Origin: Squalus acanthias
Taxonomy: Eukaryota
NCBI GenBank assembly: GCA_030390025.1
Contig: CM059438.1
Coordinates: 57,724,001-57,788,000, forward strand
DNA: 64,000 bases
Reading direction: 5' to 3'
In this document: piece after piece, positions 51,801 through 60,499 of the stretch
How the letters are laid out: the number at the start of each line of letters is the position of its first letter
How positions within the stretch are numbered: position 1 is the stretch's first letter
Made by a program: the position numbers and the translations under genes
The notes under the pieces: generated by a model
Database searches by the model: none
Told to the model about the DNA's origin: nothing
Seen by the model: the letters and a program-made list of their open reading frames with translations, nothing else

Positions 51801-52069
51801 CTGGAAGCATAGCCAGTTCTGTAGGTGGGGCATTATCCGGGTGAACTGAATCTTAAATCGTCATAAAAGATTGTGGAAAACACAAATCTAAGTGGTTTTG
51901 GGTGTAACTCACTTGCATTTAAAATTCCCCGATCTTTTGCGCTGGTTCGACTGATTGTGCTGGAATCTGGGCACAGAACTAGCGGAAACAAGCGGAAACT
52001 CTACCGCACTATATTTAGCAATCAGAATGCTTAACTAATACTTACTTCACTAGAGTTGAACATTTAATT
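854..52069 (-). CDS. Partial multi-microexon host gene (13 exons, 378 nt spliced, no start or stop in window) encoding a Ser/Pro/Arg-rich 20-aa tandem repeat region
   Basis: Minus-strand exons 52046-52069, 47274-47300, 46340-46366, 40278-40307, 30297-30326, 29079-29108, 26918-26947, 25148-25177, 17690-17719, 15418-15447, 11345-11374, 5230-5259, 854-883. Each has a pyrimidine-rich YAG acceptor and a GTAAGT/GTGAGT/GTCAGT donor, and every length is a multiple of 3. Joined translation: [125 protein letters not shown]. The other two frames contain stops. Confidence 0.8.
1155..1938. mobile_element. GC-rich Harbinger-type MITE, family M2, with internal poly-G run (1842-1875)
   Basis: Terminal inverted repeats gggggagaaattc…gaatttcgccccc; copies at ~11646-12371 and ~17989-18694. 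Confidence 0.75.
2738..4195 (+). mobile_element. Solo LTR (~1.14 kb after removing a nested CR1 piece)
   Basis: TG…CA termini (tgtgaaggaata…tatcccttca); 4-bp TSD TCTC (2734-2737 / 4196-4199) confirmed against the empty site in other unit copies; TATA at ~3240 and AATAAA at ~3522. Confidence 0.8.
3588..3906 (+). mobile_element. CR1 LINE 3' fragment nested in the LTR
   Basis: TRGHSFK…[17 protein letters not shown]2 C-terminus plus (ctatgact)n tail. Confidence 0.9.
4414..5060 (+). mobile_element. 5'-truncated CR1 LINE
   Basis: [19 protein letters not shown]…[12 protein letters not shown]…WNSLP; tail cttatgttcttat. Confidence 0.92.
5230..5259 (-). CDS. 30-nt microexon B (RPRASLTED)
   Basis: …gtactcttag|AAGGCCGAGAGCATCTTTAACTGAGGATCG|gtcagtac. 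Confidence 0.75.
6767..7956 (+). pseudogene. Harbinger DDE transposase (HARBI1-like), frameshifted
   Basis: [72 protein letters not shown]; frameshifts and a stop. Confidence 0.9.
8232..10019 (-). pseudogene. Harbinger Myb/SANT-like DNA-binding protein gene (intron-containing)
   Basis: Exon 1 [21 protein letters not shown]…AWLQIAEEV…[13 protein letters not shown] then GTGAGT; exon 2 [18 protein letters not shown]; basic C-terminus [13 protein letters not shown]. Confidence 0.85.
10348..11229. mobile_element. MITE family M1
   Basis: ggagggaatttc…gaaaattccggcc termini; absent at the equivalent site ~30185. Confidence 0.75.
11345..11374 (-). CDS. 30-nt microexon A (VYPSSSSSV)
   Basis: …tttgtttgttcag|GGTGTATCCGAGTTCTTCAAGTTCAGTGCA|gtgagtac. 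Confidence 0.78.
11646..12371. mobile_element. MITE family M2
   Basis: Near-identical to 1155-1938; poly-G at 12283-12304. Confidence 0.75.
13238..15092 (-). mobile_element. 5'-truncated CR1 LINE (RT domain)
   Basis: [28 protein letters not shown] in ORF 13595-14536. Confidence 0.93.
15418..15447 (-). CDS. 30-nt microexon B (RPRASITED)
   Basis: …gtattcttag|AAGGCCGAGAGCATCTATAACTGAAGATTG|gtcagtac. Confidence 0.72.
16519..17575. mobile_element. MITE family M1
   Basis: Homologous to 10348-11229. Confidence 0.75.
17690..17719 (-). CDS. 30-nt microexon A (VYPSSSSSV)
   Basis: …ctgtttgttcag|GGTGTATCCGAGTTCTTCAAGTTCAGTGCC|gtgagtac. Confidence 0.78.
17989..18694. mobile_element. MITE family M2
   Basis: Homologous to 1155-1938. 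Confidence 0.75.
19412..22100 (-). mobile_element. CR1 LINE with APE endonuclease and RT, frameshifted
   Basis: APE motifs YRPPNS, GDFNYP, LLDLVL, SDHR (21302-21997); RT motifs [14 protein letters not shown]. Confidence 0.93.
22108..24672 (-). mobile_element. Internally deleted CR1 LINE with ORF1 SGNH-esterase and RT
   Basis: ORF1 VGDSIVRG…VHIGTND…DRLHLN (23983-24643); RT at 22935-23756; endonuclease region missing. Confidence 0.9.
25148..25177 (-). CDS. 30-nt microexon B (RPRASLTED)
   Basis: …gtactcttag|AAGACCGAGAGCATCTTTAACGGAAGATCG|gtcagtac. Confidence 0.75.
25328..26802. mobile_element. Diverged M1 MITE, left end removed by a deletion, containing a minisatellite
   Basis: Host sequence …tggttgtgg joins directly to MITE-internal acctgatcccgcc; right end gaaaattccagcc. 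Confidence 0.7.
25941..26587. repeat. C-rich minisatellite, 43-44 bp unit, about 15 copies
   Basis: (cccaacccctccgatccattgcccaacccccagtcctctcacc[c])n. Confidence 0.95.
26918..26947 (-). CDS. 30-nt microexon A (VYPSSSSPV)
   Basis: …ttttgtttcttcag|GGTGTATCCGAGTTCTTCAAGTCCAGTGCA|gtgagtac. Confidence 0.78.
27219..27907. mobile_element. Harbinger-type MITE family M3 (related ends, different interior from M2)
   Basis: Homologous in reverse orientation to 44144-44860; ends …aatttcgccccc. Confidence 0.7.
29079..29108 (-). CDS. 30-nt microexon B (RLRAPLTQE)
   Basis: …gtattcttag|AAGACTGAGAGCACCTTTAACTCAAGAAAG|gtcagtac. Confidence 0.75.
30297..30326 (-). CDS. 30-nt microexon A (VYPSSPSPV)
   Basis: …tttgtttgttcag|GGTGTATCCGAGTTCTCCAAGTCCAGTGCA|gtgagtac. 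Confidence 0.78.
30500..31345. mobile_element. Non-autonomous Harbinger-like element
   Basis: gggcgcgatcttgc…gcaaaatccagccc termini interrupting host 'gaccctagtcatgg'; subterminal aacccgcc motifs shared with the element at 6229. Confidence 0.7.
32985..37742 (+). mobile_element. Near full-length CR1 LINE: 5'UTR, ORF1 (Cys motif + esterase, ~33658-34598), ORF2 APE-RT (34611-37647)
   Basis: [30 protein letters not shown]; 688-aa RT ORF 35400-37466; few disruptions; tail ctatgtttctatgttt. Confidence 0.95.
38022..38860 (+). mobile_element. 3' fragment of a second LINE family (same as 60500-63660) with a nested CR1 tail (~38555-38762)
   Basis: [22 protein letters not shown]…[13 protein letters not shown]. 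Confidence 0.85.
40278..40307 (-). CDS. 30-nt microexon B (RPRAPLTQD)
   Basis: …ttctatacttag|AAGGCCGAGAGCACCTCTAACTCAAGATCG|gtcagtac. Confidence 0.75.
40420..42290 (-). mobile_element. Old L2-like LINE fragment marking the right end of the tandem array
   Basis: (caa)n tail then cttgcatttatatagc; homologous to 47908-48408; degenerate QSGF motif at ~41610. Confidence 0.7.
42479..42629. mobile_element. 151-bp hAT-type MITE
   Basis: TIRs caatgttc…gaacattg; exact 8-bp TSD CTCCCACA (42471-42478, 42630-42637). Confidence 0.88.
44144..44860. mobile_element. MITE family M3
   Basis: gagggcaaaatt…aatttctccccc; inverted homolog of 27219-27907. Confidence 0.75.
46340..46366 (-). CDS. 27-nt microexon, diverged A-type (TRQRSPAM)
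   Basis: ctgatcccgtttctttgctttgtttttcag|AACGAGACAGCGTTCACCTGCAATGCA|gtaagtgc; downstream intron (…cagtttgct) resembles that of the A exons. Confidence 0.8.
47274..47300 (-). CDS. 27-nt microexon, diverged B-type (SRVPSAQD)
   Basis: ctgacaatgtttctttatttttttttgttttcttatcag|GTCAAGAGTGCCTTCAGCTCAAGATCG|gtaagtac; the 3' end CTCAAGATCG matches the B exon at 40278. Confidence 0.8.
47908..48408 (+). mobile_element. L2-like LINE 3' end
   Basis: …ctacactggctcccgg…tttaaaattctcatcc…; (ttg)n tail. More decayed copies at ~48960-49190 and ~52163-52620 (-). Confidence 0.75.
50108..50902 (+). mobile_element. Solo LTR, 795 bp (Gypsy- or ERV-type)
   Basis: TGTAG…CTACA inverted termini; 4-bp TSD CAAG (50104-50107, 50903-50906); AATAAA at ~50810. 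Confidence 0.78.
52046..52069 (-). CDS. 24-nt microexon (IKCSTLV)
   Basis: Minus strand: CTGAC branch-like motif, T-rich tract, TAG|AATTAAATGTTCAACTCTAGTGAA|GTAAGTAT. Only the phase-2 frame is open. Confidence 0.75.
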
Positions 52070-52957
52070 CTAAAAAAAAAGAAAAAAATGTCAGAAATCT
52101 TCGATTGTTGGAATTTCTTACACTTTTTAAAATGATCAAATCTATTTTATTCTGATGTATCCAACAACAACAATAACTTACATTTGCACAGTATGTTTAA
52201 CATACTAAAATATCCCAAGGCATTTTGCATATGACAGATTGAGCAGTGGTAAGAGTACAGACTTGACTAAAAGTGTGGCTGAAAAAAATGTAGGCTTTTA
52301 AAGGCAGGGCGGAAATTGGCAAGTTAAAGATGTTTAGGGAGGGCGTTCAGAGGGTAGAACCTGACAGCTGAAAGCTCAGTGACAAGCGAGGAGTGTTGGG
52401 GGGTGGGTGGCGATCACATTAAACCAGAGTTAGTGTACCAGAGCGCATGGGTTGAAATATAGGACTGGAAGAGATTGTAGAGGCAGGGAAGGGCAAGGAC
52501 ATGGAGAAATTTGTAGATAAGGACAAGGATTCTGAATTCAGTGCACTGGGAGATAGGGGGTCAATGAATGTCAAGTGGGACAGGATGAAGGCAGCTGAGT
52601 TTTGGAAAAGTTGGTGCGTCTGTAAGATGGAACCAAACCAAGAAGCAGCAGAAGTGCAGAACAGAAGACCAGGTTTGAAAAACCTATCCTCTTAAAATGA
52701 ACATTATCCAGTCCATTCCTCCAAGTCACCTGAAACCAGGTAGACTGCCACGGTATATAGCCATGACTGGAATGCTACAAGAAAGTAGCATGTCAATCAA
52801 TCGGTACACATCTATATAACCAGATCACTCTTTACATTTTCCAAATGCATGTTGCCAATTACTAAGAAATGAGCAAGTACTGTAATAGTCTGGTTATGAG
52901 ATCGGTACATGTTATGGTGATGTGATAATGAATAGAGCAATAGATCATTGTGATGCG

Positions 52958-53735
52958 ATAGCAAAATACTGCAGATGCTGGAAATCCGAAATAACAACAG
53001 AAAACGCTGGAAAAACTCAGCAGGCCAGGCAGCATCCGTGGAGAGAGAAAGAGAGTTGACGTTTCAGGTCGATGACCTTTCATCAGAACTGGGAAGAGCT
53101 GGAAATCAAATAGATTTAAGGCCAGGGTAAAGCTGGGAAAAGGGGGAGGGGATAAAGGAACAAAGGAGGAGATGAAGAGACATTAAGAGACATTAAGAGA
53201 TATGCAAGGCTAGAGGTGGTGTTAATGTGACAGATTAAGGCTGAATGAAGTGTGAAATCTACTGGCAGAATGAAGGACAGCTGCCAGCTTCTAGGAGGAA
53301 AAAAAAGGTGGGGGGGACAAATAAAAGGGTGGATAAAATAAAATATAAATGTGATTGGAGCTGAGGTTATGATCTAAAATTGTTGAACTCGATATTGAGT
53401 CCAGAGGGCTGTAGCGTGCCTAAACGAAAGATGAGGTGCTGTTCCTCGAGCTTACGCTGAGCTTCCGTGGAACAGTGTATTAGGCCGAGGACGGTGAGGT
53501 CAGAGTGGGAGTGAAGCGGTGAATTAAAGTGACAGGCCACCGGGAGCTCGGGGTCCCCCTTACGGACTGAACGGAGGTGTTCCGCAAAGCGGTCACCCAA
53601 TCTGCGTTTGGTCTCCCCAATGTAGAGGAGTCCACATCGTGAGCAGCGAATACAGTATACTAAATTGCAGGAAGTACAAGTAAATCGCTGTTTCACCTGG
53701 AAGGGGTGTTTGGGGCCCTGGACAGTGGGATGGAT
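52958..53735 (-). mobile_element. Penelope-like element 3' fragment (GIY-YIG endonuclease)
   Basis: FTCTSCNLVYCIRCSRCGLLYIGETKRRLGDRFAEH…PVACHFN…LGTLQPSGLN. Confidence 0.9.
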
Positions 53736-55889
53736 AGTCAAGCTCTCACTTACGGTGCCATGATATTAGTATTGTGTTGATACCAAACCCACACCCAGGT
53801 GGCAGGGGTTATACGAGCAGTGATGTTTACACAGTGGCACCGATATTGATGGGGCAGGTTTTCCGAGCCAGCGGTGGGGGGCGGGGGGTGGGGTAGGTGT
53901 GGAGTTTCGGCTGCTGTGGAGTTTTATCTCCACAGCGTGCATATTTTGTTTTGACAGGATCAATGCCCGGAAGTCAGCCTGATTGACAGGCTTGGCTCCC
54001 TGTCGAGCGGGGTGGACTCCGGAGTAGGCTGCAGCTGCAGGTAGGAAGTGCTGCCTGTTAATTATAATGATTTCAGCCTGCAGCCAGTGTTTCCCACGCA
54101 GTTCATTGGCTGCACGCATCAGCAGTTATAATTGCACTACTTAAAGTTAGCCTATACTACTTGAAGTTAACCTGCACCTCTTAAAGGGGAGGTGCATTGT
54201 GGTTGCAGCAGGTGCCGAGAGTCATTCTGCAACTGAATCATAGAAACATAGAAGATAGGAGTAGGAGTAGGCCATTCGGCCCCTCGAGCCTGCTCTGCCA
54301 TTCAATGCGATCATGGCTGATCATTCAAATTCAGTACCCTGTCCCTGCTTTCTCCCCATATCCCTTGGTCCCTTTAGCCTTACGAAATATATCTAACTCC
54401 TTCTTGAATATATTTAATGAACTGGCCTCAACTGCCTTCTGTGGTAGAGAATTCCACAGGTTCACCACTCTCTGGGTGAAGAAATTCCTCCTCATCTCTG
54501 TCCTAAATGGCTTACCCCTTATCCTTAGACTGTGACCCCTTGTTCTGGACTCCCCCGCCATCGGGAACATCCTTCCTGCATTTAGTCTGTCTAGTCCTGT
54601 TAGAATTTTATAAGTTTCAATGAGATCCCCTCTCATTCTTCTAAACTCCAGCGAATATAAGCCTAATCGACCCAATCTCTCTTCATACGTCATTCCTGCC
54701 ATCCCAGGTATCAGTCTGGTGAATCTTCGCTGCACTCCCTCCATGGCAAGAACATCTAACCTGGGAAAGAGAGAAGAATGGCTGACCATAGGAGAGAGCG
54801 GGTCCCCAGGTTTTTGGACGTACTGCTGGAGGTCTTAGTGGAGGAGGTGGAATGGAAGAGATGTCCTGCATCCTCAGAGGGGCAGAAGGTCCTCCAGACA
54901 CATGATGAGAAGGCAATGGGAACAGATAGCCACAGAGGTTAATGCAAGGAGTGCAGCCCCAAGGACCTGGAGGCAGTGCCGGAAGAAGTTTAAAGGCCTC
55001 ACACGAGTGGTCAAGGCCAGTGAATGCATCTTCATATGCCATATGCTACCAAATGCAGTACTAGCCTCAGCCACTGCACAAGTCACCACACCCCCATCAC
55101 TCAACTATCAACAATCTCTAACAATCTGGACTCATACCAAACATTGATAGCTTCACCTCACCCTCACACACTTATCACTGCTGCCAGCCTCACATCCACA
55201 TCTCACAGCTTGCACACACTGCCAGCTATTCAACCATGCCAGCCACATCACCCAAACAGATTGCATGACACTCACTGACACAATTCGCTCTCTCTTGCAG
55301 GAGAAGGTGGCACACAACCAGAGGCAGCAGGACCTAACCTGAGGAGAGGCACGCCTGCATGTTCTAACCCTCATGGAGGAGACGGTGCTGGCCATTATGG
55401 GAAGGGCCATCGCTGAGGCCATGGCTACCAGTGGGGCTGAAGCCATTGAAAATGACGGTATCCTCATATCCGATCCTCCATCTCACATCCCACTTCCCCC
55501 TCATCCCTAACTTTCTTATGACTTACAAACTGCAGATGGTGTAAGCATGCTCTTCTTACTTTCTCCTCTCCCTTCACCACAGACCAATCCTTGTCCCTTT
55601 TTCATTTCAGATACCGAAGAACTGCAACTTGCCCATGCAGTGATGGAACAGCAGGAAGATAGTGGAGATGAAGGGACACCGTCACTCAATTTCACACTCG
55701 CAGCCACCAGCTCAGATACTGACACTGTGCATAAGTTAGAGGAGGGGTTCTCAACCGGGGGTCCGCAGTCCCCTAGCGCACCGCGAGAAGATTTCAAGGG
55801 GTCCACGCCACGGGAGATCGACTAATTTTAGCAGGTGGCTTTGGGTGGACCCGTCTCACTGCTGCCGCCTGCAGGTGGTGCCCTGTTGG

Positions 55890-56118
55890 AAAGTTGGCGG
55901 CCGGGCCTTCGGAGGCGGGATTGGCTCGCTCTGCCTGTGGGCATTCTGCAAACCAATTGAGAGCGGCAGGTGGAGGAGGAGGTTGGGCCGGAGCTTCTGC
56001 GGGAAAGGCTTCGGGCCCATCACACTATGCCAAGCCAGCCCGGGGCCTCGGATACTGTTTTAAATCGGCATGGGTAGGCCTGAGTGGAAAAACCCCACAA
56101 AATTGCCCCGTAGGAGCC
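55890..56118 (+). promoter_or_regulatory. CpG-rich promoter/5'UTR-like segment upstream of the ASF1A fragment
   Basis: E2F-like TTGGCGG (55894), GGCGGGA (55914), GCGGGAAA (55999); CCAAT boxes ATTGG (55920) and CCAAT (55953). Confidence 0.5.
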
Positions 56119-56227
56119 ATGGCAAACGTGCAGGTGAACAACGTGGTGGTGCTGGACAACCCATCGTCGTTTTTCAACCCTTTTCAGTTCGAGATCACTT
56201 TCGAGTGCATTGAAGATTTGTCAGAGG
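56119..56227 (+). pseudogene. ASF1A: Orphan first coding exon of histone chaperone ASF1A
   Basis: MANVQVNNVVVLDNPSSFFNPFQFEITFECIEDLSE(D) versus the canonical MAKVQVNNVVVLDNPSPFYNPFQFEITFECIEDLSED; GCCATGG Kozak; homology stops after about 37 codons, followed by TGA; no further ASF1 exons seen. Confidence 0.9.
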
Positions 56228-59200
56228 ATGAATGAGGCCTGGGGCCTGGAGGCAAGGGCAGTGACAGAGGGAATGTAAGGAGTGTGGGACTGTTGGTGAA
56301 TGGGGAATTGGGGTTGAGGTTACTGGTATCGCTGTTGAATTAGTTGTTCATGTACAGCCCGGGCAGAAAGGAGCTGTCTAGATTGTAGCCTCCCTTCCTC
56401 TTCCTCCTCTTCCACCTCCTTCCCTTCCTCCACCTCCTCCTCCTGCTCCTCAGCTTCTCGCTTGATAGATGGTAGCAAGAGTTGTTTCCTCATGATGGCA
56501 AGGCTGTGCAACATGCAGCATACCACGATAAATCTTGAGATCCGCTCAGTTGAATACTGCAGGGCTCCTCCAGAGTAGTCCAGGCAGCGGAATCATTGTT
56601 TCAGGATGCCAATGCTCTGCTCTATCAGATTTCGTGTAGCAGTATGGCTCTCATTGTATACCTGCTGCGCACGTGTGTGTGGGTTGCGAACCAGAGTCAT
56701 GAACCATGTCGTCAGCAGATAGCCCTTGTCGCCCAGTAGCCACCCTTTGGTTTGCCGTGGTGGTTGAAATACAGCAGACAGAGAGGACTGCCGCACAATG
56801 AACGCATCGTGACTGCTGCCAGGATACTGGGCATTGACCTGCACGATGCGCTGCCTGTGGTCACACACCAGCTGCAAGTTAAGGGAGTGAAATCCCTTTC
56901 GGTTCAGGTACATGGCAGAGTTGACATGAGGCGTACGCAAAGCAATGTGCGTGCAGTCAATGTTATCCTGCACCATGGGGAGCCTGTAATCCTTGCAAAC
57001 ACTCGTGCTCTTTCTGCCTGTTTCTCTCAGGCAAGAGGGAATGAGATGAAGTTGTCTCTCTTTGCATAGAGAGCCTCAGTGACCTCCCTTATGCATCAGT
57101 GCACTGCAAACTGAGATGTTGCTAATATCTCCAGCAGCAGCCTGGAAGGAGCCAGATGCATAAAAGTTCATAGCCACAGTCACCTTCACTGCCACTGGCA
57201 ATGCGGTCCTTGCCCTGCTCTGAGGTTGGAGTTGTGGCTGCAGCAGTTGGCAGATTTCAGTGATGACCTCGTTAGTGAAGCGCAGACGTCTCAAACATTG
57301 ATCATTGCTGAAGTTCAGGTAGGAGAATTGCGCCCCGAACACCCTGGGCAGATATGACCTTCTGCTGAGAGCCCTTCACCCGCTCCTCCTCCTCCCTCTT
57401 CTAGCAGTATGTCCTGCTCTGCGTGGCCTCTGCTCATTCACCCAGTCATGTCCAATTCCAAGAGGAAGGCCGACTAGGCCACCCATCTCTGGAAGCAACT
57501 GGTTTGTGCACAAGCCGTTAAGTTACGTAAAAAGTACTACAACACCAGCCGGACCACTCCCTGTAGAATATTAAAACTTTTAACAAGGATGGAAAAGCAC
57601 CCAAAACATATAGGGCGAAAAATTCAGTTGGTTGCGCCTCCCGTTAGCGCCTTAAGAGGGCGCTAATGGGGCGCAAAGCAACTAGCGCCCGGGCGCGGCG
57701 ATGTTTGCGCCGCTCGCGAAATTAACTAGACATTTTGCGGCGGCGCTAAACAGTACCGCCACGATCTCCTGTGCCGGTAGATCGTGACGTCAGTCGAGTG
57801 CGCAACGCCCCGGTATCGCCCCGGAGCGGATATTGAGTGGCGCCCCCTGCCTTACCGCCTGCCGCTAGTAACGACAGGTTGAGGGGAGCGTTTTGCAGTC
57901 AGGAAGGGACTGGGGGAGTGCTATTTAAAGGCGACCGCTTCCTGCCTTTTTTTGTTGGTGACATTTTTGAACCACGCATTCTGAGAGAGACAGAGAGAGA
58001 CTTCTGGAGAGATTCAATGCTGTGTGAAGGAGTTTTGGGTACTGAGCAGCACTTTGCAGGTTCATTTTGATTTGCCCTTCCTTGTATCGATTTAGAAGAA
58101 ACTGTGGGGGTTGCCCTCTGAGCTCTTTCCCTGGGCCTCTCCATTGTTCTTTCCAGCAAATTTGATGTACAGGTCTCTCCAGGCCGAGATTCAAGGCTGC
58201 AATGAGCAGGATGTGGATGGAAAGCAAGATCAGCCCTCCCCTTTAAGAACTGGCTGGGGCCATTGTGTCTGTGTTCCATTGCTGACTGACATCACATGAG
58301 CTTCGCCAGCGCTCTGAGTTAGCGCCTCGCTCCTCGGCCTTTGCGCCTTAAGACAGATGTGTAGCGCCTGATTTAGCGCTCCAATCACCTCCAGGGGCGA
58401 TAAAAGTCAAGTTTGCAGTCGGAGGTGATAATTAGCGCCAGGCGCTAATCTTTGTGCCCGGCCGATAATTGCGCCCCAAACGGGGCGACACTGAATTTTT
58501 CCCCCTTAGAATTTCAACAGCAGCCAGAAGAAATAATCCAGCAACCAACCTGTAAGTAGCTGATGATCTGTTTAAAAAGCGCTGATGGGGGGTCCTCCAT
58601 GTCATTGAATGCGTGTTCAGCTATGAGAGGTTAAGAGTGTGGTTAAGCTGGAGCGTGGAGCTCAAAAATGGCAGCGCTGGCGTCAAATCAGCTTTGCATG
58701 CTGAATGACGTCATGATTTATCTGCACTGCATACTTCCGGCAGACATTTGGTGTGCGCGCGCACGCGCACTAACCCCTTTATCAATATGGCATCCAGCGC
58801 ACTTTGCGTAAGAAGCATGTGCGCGCGCACCGCGGACACTATTTTGGAACTATATAGAGCTTTGTAGTGCCCAAAAAACGGTTGCTACTGAGCCCAATTT
58901 CGCCCCTACAGTCTTTCATCAGCATTACCAATGGCAGTAAAGGTCACCACAATCTTGAATGCTTTTTGCAATAGGGTAATTCCAGGGCATGCAGAATACC
59001 TGTGAAAGATAAGTCTGTTTGCCATCAAACACTCCCTTGCACAGTTGATGGATGACCTCTTTCACCATGCTAAGGCATACAATGAAATGGAACATTAATA
59101 GCAGATGGAGGGGCAGACATCTCTCCTTAGAATCTACGGCGTCTCCAAGGTAGTTTTTCAATTGTATCTCTGGAGTACTTCAAGCTTTGACTCAGAATGG

Positions 59201-59312
59201 TCTACCTTTATTAATTGTAAAGAATGCAGCTCCAATGATGTAAGTGATTTAACGATTTACTAAATTTTTTAAAATTTTAAAATTTTAAATTTTAAAATGT
59301 TATTTATATATG

Positions 59313-60075
59313 GGCCCGAAAATTAGACCTAATGCGGGAGAGTACGCACTGTGTACTCTCGCGTATTAGGTCCCGAAGTGCCGGTTTCCTGCATGCACTG
59401 CGCATGCGCGGGAAACCGGCACATCGTGTATGGCGAAGGGGGCGGTTCCTAAGTGAACCGCGTGCGCACTACAGGTTGCGCGCACGCAGTGCACTTAGTT
59501 TTTTTTTCAGGTTTAAACGTGCAGGTAAGTGTTGGATATTTTACACATGAAGAAAGCAGGCGTAAGACCCCCTTTTAACAAGGTAAGTAGTTAATTAAGT
59601 GTTATTTTAAATTTTTTTCAACAGGTTTATCTTTTTTAGAGACTTTAAAGAAAGGTAAGTTTATTTTTATAACTTTTAAAAAGAATTTAAATTTTTTCAA
59701 AAATTTTATTTTTTGTTTAAAGTGATTAATTTATTTAACTATAGTTATTTTATTAATGTGATGGCGTTTTTTTAAATTTAATTGAGGTTTAGCTGTTCTT
59801 TTGGGGGCTTGTTGTATTCATAGCTTTGACAGTTCTCTTGTCAAAACTATGAATGAAAGATGGTGTGCTGCCATTGGCTCTAACTGGCCCACGTGATCCC
59901 AGAGGTCGCACAAACTAATTGCGCCTCTGGGACACGCAAGCACTGCGCACCGGCACCAGGGAGAGGCCCTCGAACTGAAGTTCGTGTGGGCCCGAACCAT
60001 AAAGGTAGGCGCGGAGTGCGATATCGCGGGGGCTCCTTACCCCCGCGGCAACCATCGATGTTTAATTTCTGGGCC
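59313..60075. mobile_element. Harbinger-type MITE with AT-rich core
   Basis: TIRs ggcccgaaaatt / aatttctgggcc; 3-bp TSD ATG. Confidence 0.75.
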
Positions 60076-60086
60076 ATGGTCTTTCA

Positions 60087-60428
60087 CGACCTCTGAACGT
60101 CCCAAAGTGTTTTACAGCCAATGAAGAACTTTTGAAGTGTAGTCACTGTTGTAATGTAGGAAACGCAGCAGCCAATTTGCACACAGCAAGCTCTCACAAA
60201 CAGCAATGTGATAATGACCAGAAAATCTGTTTTGTTTAGTCATGCTGATTGAGGAATAAATATTGGTCAGTACACTGGGGATAACGTCTCATCCGAAAGA
60301 CGACACCTCTGATAGTGCAGCACTCCCTCAGTACTGCACTGGCGTGTTAGCCTAAAATTTTGTGCTGGGACTTGAACCCATAACCTTCTAACTCAGAGGC
60401 GAGAGTGCTACAAAATGAGCCATGACTG
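60087..60428 (-). mobile_element. tRNA-derived SINE (SacSINE1/DeuSINE-like)
   Basis: Minus strand head with GGTAG-like A box and GGTTCAAGTCC B box (~60367-60378); body …gcttgctgtgtgcaaattggctgc…gtgactacacttcaaaag. Family name is from recall. Confidence 0.65.
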
Positions 60429-60499
60429 ACTTATTGACGACCAATGTACACTTGCCAGGCAGCATGCATGATTCTTCATTACCCACAGCTCTTATGGGA

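Larger units (their letters stand above)
53850..58906. mobile_element. Decayed Harbinger: Myb-like gene (+, ~54778-55742) and transposase (-, ~56320-57486); nested CR1 tail (54240-54755, -), MITE (57612-58505) and ASF1A fragment
   Basis: RRQWEQIATEV…[62 protein letters not shown]. Outer boundaries are approximate. Confidence 0.82.

Noticed and set aside
56119..56235. Functional ASF1A gene
   Set aside because: No GT donor after the exon, an in-frame stop two codons later, embedded in a transposon, and no later exons in the remaining 7.7 kb.
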